From Candidatus Dormiibacterota bacterium (lineage in GTDB: Bacteria > Chloroflexota > Dormibacteria > Dormibacterales > Dormibacteraceae), in the NCBI GenBank assembly GCA_035689485.1, contig DASSLL010000067.1, positions 4,472 to 68,471 on the forward strand: a DNA stretch of 64,000 nucleotides, in the 5' to 3' direction. The first letter of the stretch is position 1. Each line of letters begins with the position of its first letter. The notes below the pieces were generated by a model that saw only the letters and a list, made by a program, of their open reading frames with translations, was not told the origin of the DNA and did no database searches. Below, piece by piece: positions 36,038 through 45,767 of the stretch. The position numbers and the translations under genes are program-made.

Positions 36038-36796
36038 CTAGGCGGCTGGAAAGAGCTCCACCCCGTTCGGGTCGACGGCAGCTTCGCGCACGCGCCTGAC
36101 CTCGAAGCCGCGTAGGCCTCGCACCTCCGGGCGCACCGGCGCCGCCCGCCGGCCCTCGAGGACGTTGATCCCGAGGTGGTGGTGATAGCCGTCCCAGCTC
36201 AGAAACCTCATGACGTGGCCGGCCTGAGCCATGAGCTCCATGCCCAGCGACTCGTAAAACGCCTGGCTGGCGTCGAGGTCGCCGACGTTCAGGTGCATGT
36301 GCCCGAGCACGGTCCCCGGCGAGAACTTCGGCTTGCGCGGGTCCGCGATGCGGAGCAGGCGCTCGAAGTCGAGGTGGTCGGTGCCGATGTTGAGCTGTCC
36401 GCGGGGGTACTGCCACTCGCTGCGAGGCCGGTCCGCGTACACCTCGATCCCGTTGCCTTCGGGGTCGTCGAAGTAGAGCGCCTGGCTGACGAAGTGGTCG
36501 GCGGTGCCGGTCAACGGGAGCCGCTCCTCCAGCGTGCGCTGGAGGAAGCCTCCGAGCTCCTTCTCGTCCGGAAGCAGGACCGCGAAGTGGTAAAGGCCCG
36601 CCGTGTGCCGTGGGCGCTCCTGGCCGTTCGGGAGTGCGGTCAGGCGCAGGATGGGCACGCCGCCGGCGCCGAACGTCGCGTGGGTCTTGTCACCGCTGAT
36701 CCGCGTCAGTCCGAACCGGTCGTAGAACTCGGACTCGCGCTCGAGGTCGAGGACCTTGAGCTCCACCGTCCCAAGCGGCCACTCGGCCGGGTTCAG
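36038..36796 (-). CDS. two-domain VOC (glyoxalase/dioxygenase) family protein
   Basis: GTVELKVLDLERESEFYDRFGL and GHMHLNVGDLDASQAFYESLGM repeats. Start assigned to CTG 36796, inside a CTGA overlap with the plsC stop. The nearest canonical start is GTG 36766. Confidence 0.7.
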   Translation of the reverse strand: MNPAEWPLGTVELKVLDLERESEFYDRFGLTRISGDKTHATFGAGGVPILRLTALPNGQERPRHTAGLYHFAVLLPDEKELGGFLQRTLEERLPLTGTADHFVSQALYFDDPEGNGIEVYADRPRSEWQYPRGQLNIGTDHLDFERLLRIADPRKPKFSPGTVLGHMHLNVGDLDASQAFYESLGMELMAQAGHVMRFLSWDGYHHHLGINVLEGRRAAPVRPEVRGLRGFEVRRVREAAVDPNGVELFPAA

Positions 36797-37527
36797 TACC
36801 AGTAGGTCGGTCCTTCCGAGCGTGAGGCTCCCGCTGGTTCCACCGCCTCGCCCTTGGGTCCGGCGAGCCTCCGCACGACGCTCTCGACCTTGGCGATGAA
36901 GCTGTCGTAGTCGTCGTCGGACTCGGCGCGCAGCGGTTCTCCGAAGGTCACGGTCACCGACCCCGGCCTGGGCACGCGGTGAAAGCGCGGCATCACCTCG
37001 TACATGCCGTCGACGTAGGCGGGAACGATCGGCACTCCGGTGTCCATAGCCAGAATGGCCGCGCCTTTGCGAAATGCGCCGATGGCGCCGGTCACGGTGA
37101 GTCTGCCTTCGGGAAAGATGATCACCGACCAGTTCCGGCGCAGCATGTCTTTCAGATACTCGAGGTGCGGCCGCGCGCCGCCGCCGCGAGGGATGGGAAA
37201 AGCGTCGACCGTGACCTGGGCGAGGCGCGCCTCCCACTTGCGCTTGAAGATCGAGTCGGCCGCCGCCACGACGACCGAACGGTTGCGGTAGCGGCGCGGG
37301 AGCGCCTCGGCCATCACGACGGCATCGAGCGCGCTGACGTGGTTGGCGACGAAGACCGCGGGACCGTTCAGGGACTTGATCTGATCACGGTCGCGGACGT
37401 CGAGCCGGCAGAAGCTCGACAGCGCCGGGAAGAGGAGGCTCGACTGGAGTGCCGCGCGCATGCGGCGCATGCCTTTCGTCCGGGTCCATTGCGCCGTGTC
37501 GACCGCCTGGGTTTCCACTTTGCCCAA
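36793..37527 (-). CDS. plsC: 1-acyl-sn-glycerol-3-phosphate acyltransferase family
   Basis: HX4D motif ANHVSALD, and FPEGR. Confidence 0.85.
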   Translation of the reverse strand: MGKVETQAVDTAQWTRTKGMRRMRAALQSSLLFPALSSFCRLDVRDRDQIKSLNGPAVFVANHVSALDAVVMAEALPRRYRNRSVVVAAADSIFKRKWEARLAQVTVDAFPIPRGGGARPHLEYLKDMLRRNWSVIIFPEGRLTVTGAIGAFRKGAAILAMDTGVPIVPAYVDGMYEVMPRFHRVPRPGSVTVTFGEPLRAESDDDYDSFIAKVESVVRRLAGPKGEAVEPAGASRSEGPTYWY

Positions 37528-37571
37528 GAGTCTATGCGCGTTCCACTGCCGCCAGGGTTCACACTTTCGCC

Positions 37572-38141
37572 ATGCAGGCGAGCCGGCTCATCGCCAGCGA
37601 GCTGAACGCGCTCAATCGCGAGATGCACGTGGTCTCCGAATCGACGAAGCCTGACGACTGGCTGCGGCGGGCCGTCCCGGGCACCAACCTCCCGGCTTTC
37701 ACCTTCTGGCACGTCGTGCGAGTCATCGACTCGACGGTGAACATGGGCTTGCGGGGAGGGGCCGAGATCATCGCCACGGAGCCATGGGCGTCCAAACCGT
37801 GGAGCCGGCCCGACATCGGGACGGGATACACCGCGGAGCAGGCGGATGAGCTCGCAGCGCAGGTGGTGCCCGCCGAGGTACTCGCGTACGCCGACGCCGT
37901 GAGGTCGGAGGTCAGCCAGTGGCTCCGAGCGCTACCCGAGGAGGAGCTGGAAGCCCCGGCACGACTCCTCGACCGGATGCGAGATTTGCCCGCCTACAAC
38001 CAACCTCCGATCCTCGAGGCCACCGCGGCGTTCGAGGGCCAGCCGGCGTGGCTCGTCCTGGCCTTCGCCTGCTTCGCCCACGGCTGGGGCCACCTCGAGG
38101 AGATCAGGGTGCTCGCCCGGGCGGGCCGCCAGGCCGGCTGA
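37572..38141 (+). CDS. DinB-family protein
   Basis: Four-helix-bundle pattern with FWHVVRVID and FAHGWGHLEEI histidines. ATG 37572. Confidence 0.75.
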   Translation: MQASRLIASELNALNREMHVVSESTKPDDWLRRAVPGTNLPAFTFWHVVRVIDSTVNMGLRGGAEIIATEPWASKPWSRPDIGTGYTAEQADELAAQVVPAEVLAYADAVRSEVSQWLRALPEEELEAPARLLDRMRDLPAYNQPPILEATAAFEGQPAWLVLAFACFAHGWGHLEEIRVLARAGRQAG

Positions 38142-38619
38142 GGTCGCTGGAGCTCCGGTAAAGCCACCACAACAGCAGCAACACCGGCGCAGTGACCTCC
38201 GCGAGGACGATGTCGCCACCGACGTCATCCGGGTCGCCGTTCTCGATGCCGATGGCGATCAGCTCGACGGCCAGGCTGGCCGCGATAAGCCAGAACAGCC
38301 CGGAGCTCCGGCGAAATCGGTTGCGGCCGCTCAGGTACCACGTTCCCGCGACGGCGGCGAGGCCGAACATCGCGAGCTCGTCGACCCGGTGCAGCCACCC
38401 TGACTCCTGCGCCAGGTCCGGAAGAAGATCGAACGCGACGATGACGAGGAACGCCGCGGGGATCACGTTGAGGTTGCGGTTGACGGCTTCGCGGTCGGTC
38501 ATCGTGCGGCCGTCGTCACGCTGCCGCCAGAACGCGTACGCGAGCGTGACGGTGGCGCCGAGGACGGCGATCGCCGCCAGGAGGCGCGAAGGCGTCGATG
38601 AAAGGGATGAGCCGATCAC
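38104..38619 (-). CDS. hypothetical membrane protein
   Basis: GTG 38619. Four to five hydrophobic helices. It is the last 171 codons of track ORF 38104..39111. Confidence 0.5.
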   Translation of the reverse strand: MIGSSLSSTPSRLLAAIAVLGATVTLAYAFWRQRDDGRTMTDREAVNRNLNVIPAAFLVIVAFDLLPDLAQESGWLHRVDELAMFGLAAVAGTWYLSGRNRFRRSSGLFWLIAASLAVELIAIGIENGDPDDVGGDIVLAEVTAPVLLLLWWLYRSSSDLSRPGGPPGRAP

Positions 38620-38654
38620 GTCACGCCGGCTGGGCGGGTGGTGCCGTTGCGGAC

Positions 38655-40079
<1,425 letters not shown>

Positions 40080-40178
40080 CGTCGTCTTGTTCAGCTCCGG
40101 TGTCGGGACCTCAACCGTCAATGGACCCCGCTCAGCATCCTCCGCGCAGGACCCGGAGTCAAACCAAACTGTGCTTGT

Positions 40179-40253
40179 TGGCTGGGGAGGAAGGATTCGA
40201 ACCTTCAACCTTCTGATCCAGAGTCAGCTGCGCTACCGTTGCGCCACTCCCCA
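40179..40253 (-). tRNA. tRNA-Gln (anticodon CUG)
   Basis: Reverse strand: TGGGGAG-TG-GCGC-AACGGTA-GCGC-A-GCTGA-CTCTGGA-TCAGA-AGGTT-GAAGG-TTCGAAT-CCTTC-CTCCCCA-G-CCA. It folds as a cloverleaf with a U1:A72 pair and an encoded CCA. Confidence 0.92.
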
Positions 40254-40308
40254 AATCCGGCCGGGAAGTCCGCCGGGCCGCCTCATTCTAAGGACGGCCC
40301 GTGAGGGC

Positions 40309-40686
40309 CTATTCCCGCGTGATGACCACGTCCGGCTTGCGGCTCTTGCCCTCGGATTGGACCGTCATCCTGATCGACACGGACTCCTCGGCGCCCATCA
40401 GGCTGCGGAACATGTCCTCCATGAGCGTTTTCGCTCTGTAAAGGTTCACAGCCCAGCCCACACCAAAGACTCGGTCGCTGAAGAGATGGTCAGACTCGGG
40501 GTTCCAGTACGCTTCGCGGATCCGCTCCCACGTCGGTGGCCGGAAGTCGTACGGCACCACACCGCCCACCTTGCCCTGCCACGTGCGCTCAGGCGCCGGC
40601 TTCGACAGCTCGGTGGCGACGGCCGCGGCGACGAGCGCGAACGCGGTGAAACGAACAAGTCGACGGAGATTGCGCAAAGTCCGCAT
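40309..40686 (-). CDS. hypothetical membrane-anchored protein (possible DUF5808-type FGVGW motif)
   Basis: N-terminal TM helix; VFGVGWAVNLY. The family assignment is from memory only. Confidence 0.55.
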   Translation of the reverse strand: MRTLRNLRRLVRFTAFALVAAAVATELSKPAPERTWQGKVGGVVPYDFRPPTWERIREAYWNPESDHLFSDRVFGVGWAVNLYRAKTLMEDMFRSLMGAEESVSIRMTVQSEGKSRKPDVVITRE

Positions 40687-40753
40687 ACTTCAAATGAAGC
40701 GTAGTACCACAGTAACCTTGCACGTCTCGAACACGTTGTTGCAGGCGGGGTAG

Positions 40754-42028
40754 ATGGCCAGAAGGCTGACTTCGACGACCTCGTGGCTGCGCTGGCTCAC
40801 GCCCGGGCTTCAGATCAAGCGCTGGCTGCTGCTCCTGATGCTGGCGGAGCTGGTCCTCGTCCTGGGCGTGGCGTATGCCTTGAAGGAGATCTACCAGACC
40901 GCCCGCCTGCCGGGCATCTTCTACTACATCACCCTGCAGCCCCTGCCTTACGTCGTTCGCGCGCTCATCTTCCTGCTCATCGGCGTCGGACTGCTGGTGC
41001 TCAGTTATCTCAAGCTCACGCAGTCCGTCCTCGGACCTTTCCTGCCCGGCAACAGCACCGCGAGCGTGGTCGAGGTGATCCACGCGTTTCGGCTCCGCGG
41101 CCGTGGGCCGCGCGTCGTCGCGATCGGCGGCGGCACCGGCCTCAGCTCCCTGCTCCGTGGGCTGAAGACCTACACGTCGAACCTCTCCGCCATCGTCACC
41201 GTCGCCGACGACGGTGGCTCGTCAGGCCGGCTGCGCGACGAGTACCGCATCCTCCCGCCAGGAGATTTCCGCCAGTGCCTGATCGCGCTCGCCGACGCCG
41301 AGCCGTTGATGAAGCAGCTCTTCGACCATCGCTTCAAGGAAGGCTCGCTCGACGGCCACGCGTTCGGGAACCTCTTCATCATGGCGATGGCCGACGTCAC
41401 CGGGAACTTCGAGCAGGCGCTGCGCGAGTCCGGCAAGGTGCTGGCCGTCAAGGGCACGATCGTCCCCTCGACCCTGCAGGACGTCACGCTGGTCGCGTCG
41501 ATCAACGGCAGCAACGTCGAGGGCGAGTCGAACATCCCCAAGCACAACTCGCCCATCAGCCATGTGTTCCTGAAGCCCGACGGCGTGCAGGTCAACCCCG
41601 AGGCGGCGCAGGCGATCCTCAACGCCGAGCTGATCACCGTCGGCCCCGGCTCCCTGTACACGTCGATCTTGCCGAATCTTCTCGTGGACGGGATGGTGGA
41701 GGCGATCAAGGCCTCGCCGGCGCTGAAGCTCTACATCTGCAACCTCGCCGAGCAGCGCGGGGAGACCGAGCAGTTCAGCGTCGACGACTACCTGCGCGTG
41801 ATCCGCGAGCACGTCGGCGCCAACCTGTTCGACTTCGTGCTCGTCAACTCCAACACCCAGCACCCGCCCACCGGCGGCCAGGCGTCGGTCATCTTCAAGC
41901 CCACCGACGAGACCCGCCACCCCGAGGTGCGGTTCATACCGGCCGATGTGGTCAACATCCGGATTCCGTCCCACCACGACCCCGACAAGCTCGCGCGGAC
42001 GATCATGCGGAAGGTGTGGCAGGCGTAG
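40754..42028 (+). CDS. yvcK: YvcK/CofD-like gluconeogenesis-factor family protein with N-terminal TM extension
   Basis: VVAIGGGTGLSSLLRGLK, TVADDGGSSGRLR, GPGSLYTSILPNL. Preceded by about 95 aa with two hydrophobic helices. Confidence 0.85.
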   Translation: MARRLTSTTSWLRWLTPGLQIKRWLLLLMLAELVLVLGVAYALKEIYQTARLPGIFYYITLQPLPYVVRALIFLLIGVGLLVLSYLKLTQSVLGPFLPGNSTASVVEVIHAFRLRGRGPRVVAIGGGTGLSSLLRGLKTYTSNLSAIVTVADDGGSSGRLRDEYRILPPGDFRQCLIALADAEPLMKQLFDHRFKEGSLDGHAFGNLFIMAMADVTGNFEQALRESGKVLAVKGTIVPSTLQDVTLVASINGSNVEGESNIPKHNSPISHVFLKPDGVQVNPEAAQAILNAELITVGPGSLYTSILPNLLVDGMVEAIKASPALKLYICNLAEQRGETEQFSVDDYLRVIREHVGANLFDFVLVNSNTQHPPTGGQASVIFKPTDETRHPEVRFIPADVVNIRIPSHHDPDKLARTIMRKVWQA

Positions 42029-42884
42029 CCGCCGCCCGTCTCGCGCGCCAGCGGGTGAAGGCTTCGACCAGCGCGGCCGCGATCGCGACGTAGAGGAATC
42101 CGTCCAGCGCGTCGACGACGTAGTGCTCGCCAAGGTAGACGATCGAAAGCACCACCGCGAGCGTCCACGCGATGAGCCCGATGGCGAGCGGTCGATAGCG
42201 CCGCCATGCGTACACCGCCGCCAGCGCGGGAAACGCCGCGTGCAGCGAAGGAAAGGCGGCGAACCGGTTGGGGTTGATGCTCGTGTAGATGCCGGAGACG
42301 AAGTAGCGGTCATCCCACAACGCCTGCACGGTGTGATCGTTGATCTTCACCACGTCGGGCAGCTGGTACCAGGGCGGCGCGCTCGGAAAGAAGAGATACG
42401 TGACGAAGGCGAGGAACGCCATCACGAGCAGCGACGCGATGTAGCGGTGATAGTGGTCGCGGCTCCGCAGCCAGAAGAAGAAGCCGACCACGATCGGCAG
42501 CGGGAAGTGCATGAAGTATAAGAACATCGCGGCCACGTCCTGGACGCCCACGCTGCCAGCCTTGTAGAAGTCGTGCTGGAGGACGAGGGTCGGGATGGAG
42601 CCTCCGAACAGCGCTCGCTCGAGCCCTGAAAGGTCGTGCGGCGCGAAGCCGGTCTTCGCGGCAAACCCGCGCATCGCCTCGTAGGCCAGGAACAGGAGCA
42701 GGAACGGTCCCCAGTCGACGATGAAGGTCACGCCGCGGCCGAGCGCGACCGCGATCACCAGCAGCGCGAGGACGACCCACTCCGGCTCGATGTCGATGCC
42801 GCGCCACAGCATCACGCCGAAGATCAGCGCGAGGTAAAGGATGCTGCCGATGAGCAGTGCGCCGGGGCGGCGCACTACGCGCAT
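42003..42884 (-). CDS. PAP2-superfamily membrane protein
   Basis: FPSLHAAF and GEHYVVDALDG (PAP2 C2/C3-like motifs). ATG 42884. Confidence 0.7.
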   Translation of the reverse strand: MRVVRRPGALLIGSILYLALIFGVMLWRGIDIEPEWVVLALLVIAVALGRGVTFIVDWGPFLLLFLAYEAMRGFAAKTGFAPHDLSGLERALFGGSIPTLVLQHDFYKAGSVGVQDVAAMFLYFMHFPLPIVVGFFFWLRSRDHYHRYIASLLVMAFLAFVTYLFFPSAPPWYQLPDVVKINDHTVQALWDDRYFVSGIYTSINPNRFAAFPSLHAAFPALAAVYAWRRYRPLAIGLIAWTLAVVLSIVYLGEHYVVDALDGFLYVAIAAALVEAFTRWRARRAAATPATPSA

Positions 42885-42888
42885 CACG

Positions 42889-43365
42889 TCAATGGGTGCG
42901 GACAACCGCCACCGCCGCGATCTCCACGGTCGCCGAAAAGGGCAACGCGTTCGCTCCGAGCGCGGCGCGGGTGTGCTTACCCGACTCTCCGAGCACCTCG
43001 ACCAGAAGGTCGGAGGCGCCGTTGATGACCTTCGGCTGGTCGCCGAAACCGTCGGCTGAGAGCACGAACCCGATGAGCTGCGTGACGTCGACGACGTTGT
43101 CCAGCCCGACGGCCGACTCCATCTGCGCGAGCACGCTGAGGCCGCACAGCCTTGCCCGCCGCGTGGCTTCTTCGAGGGCCACCTGGTCGGGGCAGCGTCC
43201 GGCGAGAACCTGGTCGCCCTCGCGAGAGATCTGGCCCGCGACGTACAGCAGCGACCGTCCGTCACCGATCGACACGAGGCGCGTCGGCACGTACGACGCC
43301 AGCGCAGCGGGCGCTTGCGGAAGCGTGACGCCGAGCTCGCGCAGGCGCTCGTGCGGCGTGGTCAT
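42889..43365 (-). CDS. RidA/YjgF-family protein
   Basis: 158 aa. ...YVAGQIS...HTRAALGANALPFSATVEIAAV pattern. ATG 43365. Confidence 0.8.
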   Translation of the reverse strand: MTTPHERLRELGVTLPQAPAALASYVPTRLVSIGDGRSLLYVAGQISREGDQVLAGRCPDQVALEEATRRARLCGLSVLAQMESAVGLDNVVDVTQLIGFVLSADGFGDQPKVINGASDLLVEVLGESGKHTRAALGANALPFSATVEIAAVAVVRTH

Positions 43366-43385
43366 CGACCTTCGATCGTAACGAC

Positions 43386-44630
43386 CTACCTGGCGCGGCC
43401 GCGCAGATGGGCGAGGATCGCGGTGAAGACGACGGCGAGGGCGCCGAGACCGAGACCGATGTACGGCAGCTGTGGTGAGCCCAACAGCGAAGCCAGCGAC
43501 GAGTCGTTGCCCGCAGGGCGGAGACGGCTGCCGCTCGCGACCGGCGACGCCGCCCCAGGTGGGCCCTTCGGGTCCGCGCCGGTGTCGTGGTAAACCCACA
43601 GCGAGGCGGTGTGTGTCGAGGGCAGGAATGTCGCGACGTACAGCGCCGGCTGGTCGTCGTTGGAGACCGCCATCGCCGTGACCGACGCGTTGGGCGGCTG
43701 CAGCGACCTGAACGTCTGACCGCCGTCGTCGCTCCGCCAAAGGCCTCCCCTGTCCGAGCCGCCACCGTCGCTCGCGACATAGAAGCGGTCGAAGTGGTCG
43801 GTGATGAAGTCGACCTGGGTGTAGTCCGTCGCCGGCAGCAGCGCGCCGCCGCTCAACGCGTTGAACGAGACCCCGTTGTCAGGCGACACGAACAGACCGG
43901 TGTTGGTGCCCAGAACGAGAGGGCGCACGTTGCCGGTCGGCGGCAGCGGTCCGGCCGCCAGCCTGACCGCGATCGTGCCGGTGATCGCAGGGTTGAGCTG
44001 CGTCCACGTCACGCCTGCGTCCACGCTCTGGAACAGCGGCAGCACGCCCGATGGTTGCGCCTCGCCCCCGGCGACAAGCCGCACCGGGGAGTGGATCGCC
44101 TCAACGGCCAGGGCGTCGATGCTCCGGTTGCCGAGGCCGGAAGGCGTCCAGCTCAAGCCGTCGGTCGACAGATAGACACCTCGGTCGGTGCCGGCGGCGA
44201 CGAGCGACAACGCGTAGGCGAAGACACGGACGGTGCGTCCCTCGAGCCCGGTTACCGCCGACCACGTGACGCCCCCGTCACGGCTGGCCAGCGCGCCCGC
44301 GCCGCGCGTCCCGGCGAGGACCAGGCTGGTCGAATACGGGTCGAAGTCGATCGTCGTGATCACGGACTTGCCCGTATGGACTGACGTCCAGCCGGCGCCG
44401 CCGTTGACGGTCCGAACGAGCGAGCCCTGCGAGCTGGCCGCCAGGACGATCTGGTTGTTGGTGGGGTCGACGGCCAGGGCGAAGACCGCGCTGCGGCCCT
44501 GGTGCGGCAGCGGCTGGATCGCAGTCCAGGTCGAGTCTGCCGGCTGCGCGGCGGCGGCGGCAACGGCGGTCGCCCCGATCACCCACAGCGCCGCCGCGGT
44601 CGCACCAAGACGTCGGCTGAGAAGCGACAC
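43386..44630 (-). CDS. BNR/Asp-box repeat beta-propeller protein with signal peptide and C-terminal TM anchor
   Basis: Repeated SxDxGxTW-like boxes (NGGAGWTSV, RDGGVTWSAV, STDGLSWT, SVDAGVTWTQL, SDDGGQTF). GTG 44630 preferred because the codons upstream look non-coding. Confidence 0.7.
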   Translation of the reverse strand: MSLLSRRLGATAAALWVIGATAVAAAAAQPADSTWTAIQPLPHQGRSAVFALAVDPTNNQIVLAASSQGSLVRTVNGGAGWTSVHTGKSVITTIDFDPYSTSLVLAGTRGAGALASRDGGVTWSAVTGLEGRTVRVFAYALSLVAAGTDRGVYLSTDGLSWTPSGLGNRSIDALAVEAIHSPVRLVAGGEAQPSGVLPLFQSVDAGVTWTQLNPAITGTIAVRLAAGPLPPTGNVRPLVLGTNTGLFVSPDNGVSFNALSGGALLPATDYTQVDFITDHFDRFYVASDGGGSDRGGLWRSDDGGQTFRSLQPPNASVTAMAVSNDDQPALYVATFLPSTHTASLWVYHDTGADPKGPPGAASPVASGSRLRPAGNDSSLASLLGSPQLPYIGLGLGALAVVFTAILAHLRGRAR

Positions 44631-44702
44631 GAGACTGCCGATTATGCCCGAGGCCGCCGGCCGGGCTGCCGGCAAGCGGACATCGCCGCTGGTCGATTTG
44701 CC

Positions 44703-44708
44703 TACAAT
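44703..44708 (+). promoter_or_regulatory. -10-like box 6 nt upstream of a GTG start (leaderless candidate)
   Basis: TACAAT then CCCCCC then GTG 44715. Confidence 0.35.
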
Positions 44709-44714
44709 CCCCCC

Positions 44715-45767
44715 GTGCTGAACGGCAGCCATCCGGCAGGCTCCCGCGAGCTGAGACCACGGCCTTTCTGGATCGGCAGGCTAGGGGGCTTGCTGGACCG
44801 CGCCGCATTCCGGCCGGGGACCTTGCCCGACGATCTGGTCATCGCCCTGGCGCTCCTGCCGCCGATCGTCGCCGGCCTGGTCATCTTCAAGGTGCCGGCC
44901 GCGGAGATGCTGGCCGTGGCCGTCGCGGCCGGCGCGGTCGGGATCGTCGCCGCGCAGCTGATCTGGCGCCAGCACAGGCCTCGCACGGGGGCGGGACCGA
45001 TGATCGCCGCCCTGTTCGGCGTCGCCCTGGTCGGCCCTGGTTCGGGCCTGGCCGTCTCGGCCGAGATCGTGGTGCTGGCGGTCGTGCTCGAGCTGCTGCG
45101 CGCACGGTACATCCCGGCCATCCGCGCCCAGGCCGGCCTGCTCGCATTCGCGGCGGTGACGCTGGCCACGCGCAGAGCCACGCTCGTCTACTTCGACCCG
45201 CACGGCGGCGCGGACAGCTTCCGCGACCCCATCGCCACGTGGGACCAGCTGTTCCACCAGTCGGCATGGGTGATGGACCCGATCAGGCTGTATGTCGGCG
45301 ACGTCGCGGGCCCAGCCTTCGCCACGTCGTTGCTCGCGGTCGCGGTCGGCGTGGCGTGGCTCGCGTATGCGCGCCGTGTCAGCCTCGTCGCGCTGGTCGC
45401 CTTCCTCGCCGGCGCGGGGGCGGCCATCTTCTACTTCAAGTGGGACCCGCTGCTGCAGCTGGACAGCGGGCCGACGTGGTTCGTGGCCGGCCTGCTGATG
45501 GCCAACCGCAGCTACCTGCCCGAGTCCTGGGCGCTGCGGCCGATGTTGGGCTTCGGGGTGGGACTTTTCGCCGTGGGCTTGCGCAAGTCGGGCTTCGGCA
45601 TCGAGGCCGCTTACTTCAGCGTGGCGACGCTGCAGGCGGTGATGGCGGTTTTCGTGCTCGTCTACTGGGCGACGTCGGTGGGCATGGAGCGCTGGAAGCG
45701 GACGCGGCGGCTGCGCCAGCGCGAGGCGAACCTCCGCGCGGTCAAGACCATTTCGCGGGCGTCCTAG
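44715..45767 (+). CDS. polytopic membrane protein, weak RnfD/NqrB-like N-terminal resemblance
   Basis: 350 aa with about 9 hydrophobic helices. The family call is tentative. Confidence 0.5.
   Translation: MLNGSHPAGSRELRPRPFWIGRLGGLLDRAAFRPGTLPDDLVIALALLPPIVAGLVIFKVPAAEMLAVAVAAGAVGIVAAQLIWRQHRPRTGAGPMIAALFGVALVGPGSGLAVSAEIVVLAVVLELLRARYIPAIRAQAGLLAFAAVTLATRRATLVYFDPHGGADSFRDPIATWDQLFHQSAWVMDPIRLYVGDVAGPAFATSLLAVAVGVAWLAYARRVSLVALVAFLAGAGAAIFYFKWDPLLQLDSGPTWFVAGLLMANRSYLPESWALRPMLGFGVGLFAVGLRKSGFGIEAAYFSVATLQAVMAVFVLVYWATSVGMERWKRTRRLRQREANLRAVKTISRAS

Noticed and set aside
40080-40208. Upstream extension of the HD-GYP ORF to 40208
   Set aside because: It would overlap the tRNA-Gln gene (40179..40253). 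ATG 40079 gives a sensible N-terminus.
40179-40753. tRNA-Gln as a possible genomic-island integration site
   Set aside because: No integrase, no direct repeat of the tRNA 3' end, and no compositional break that I could see on either side.
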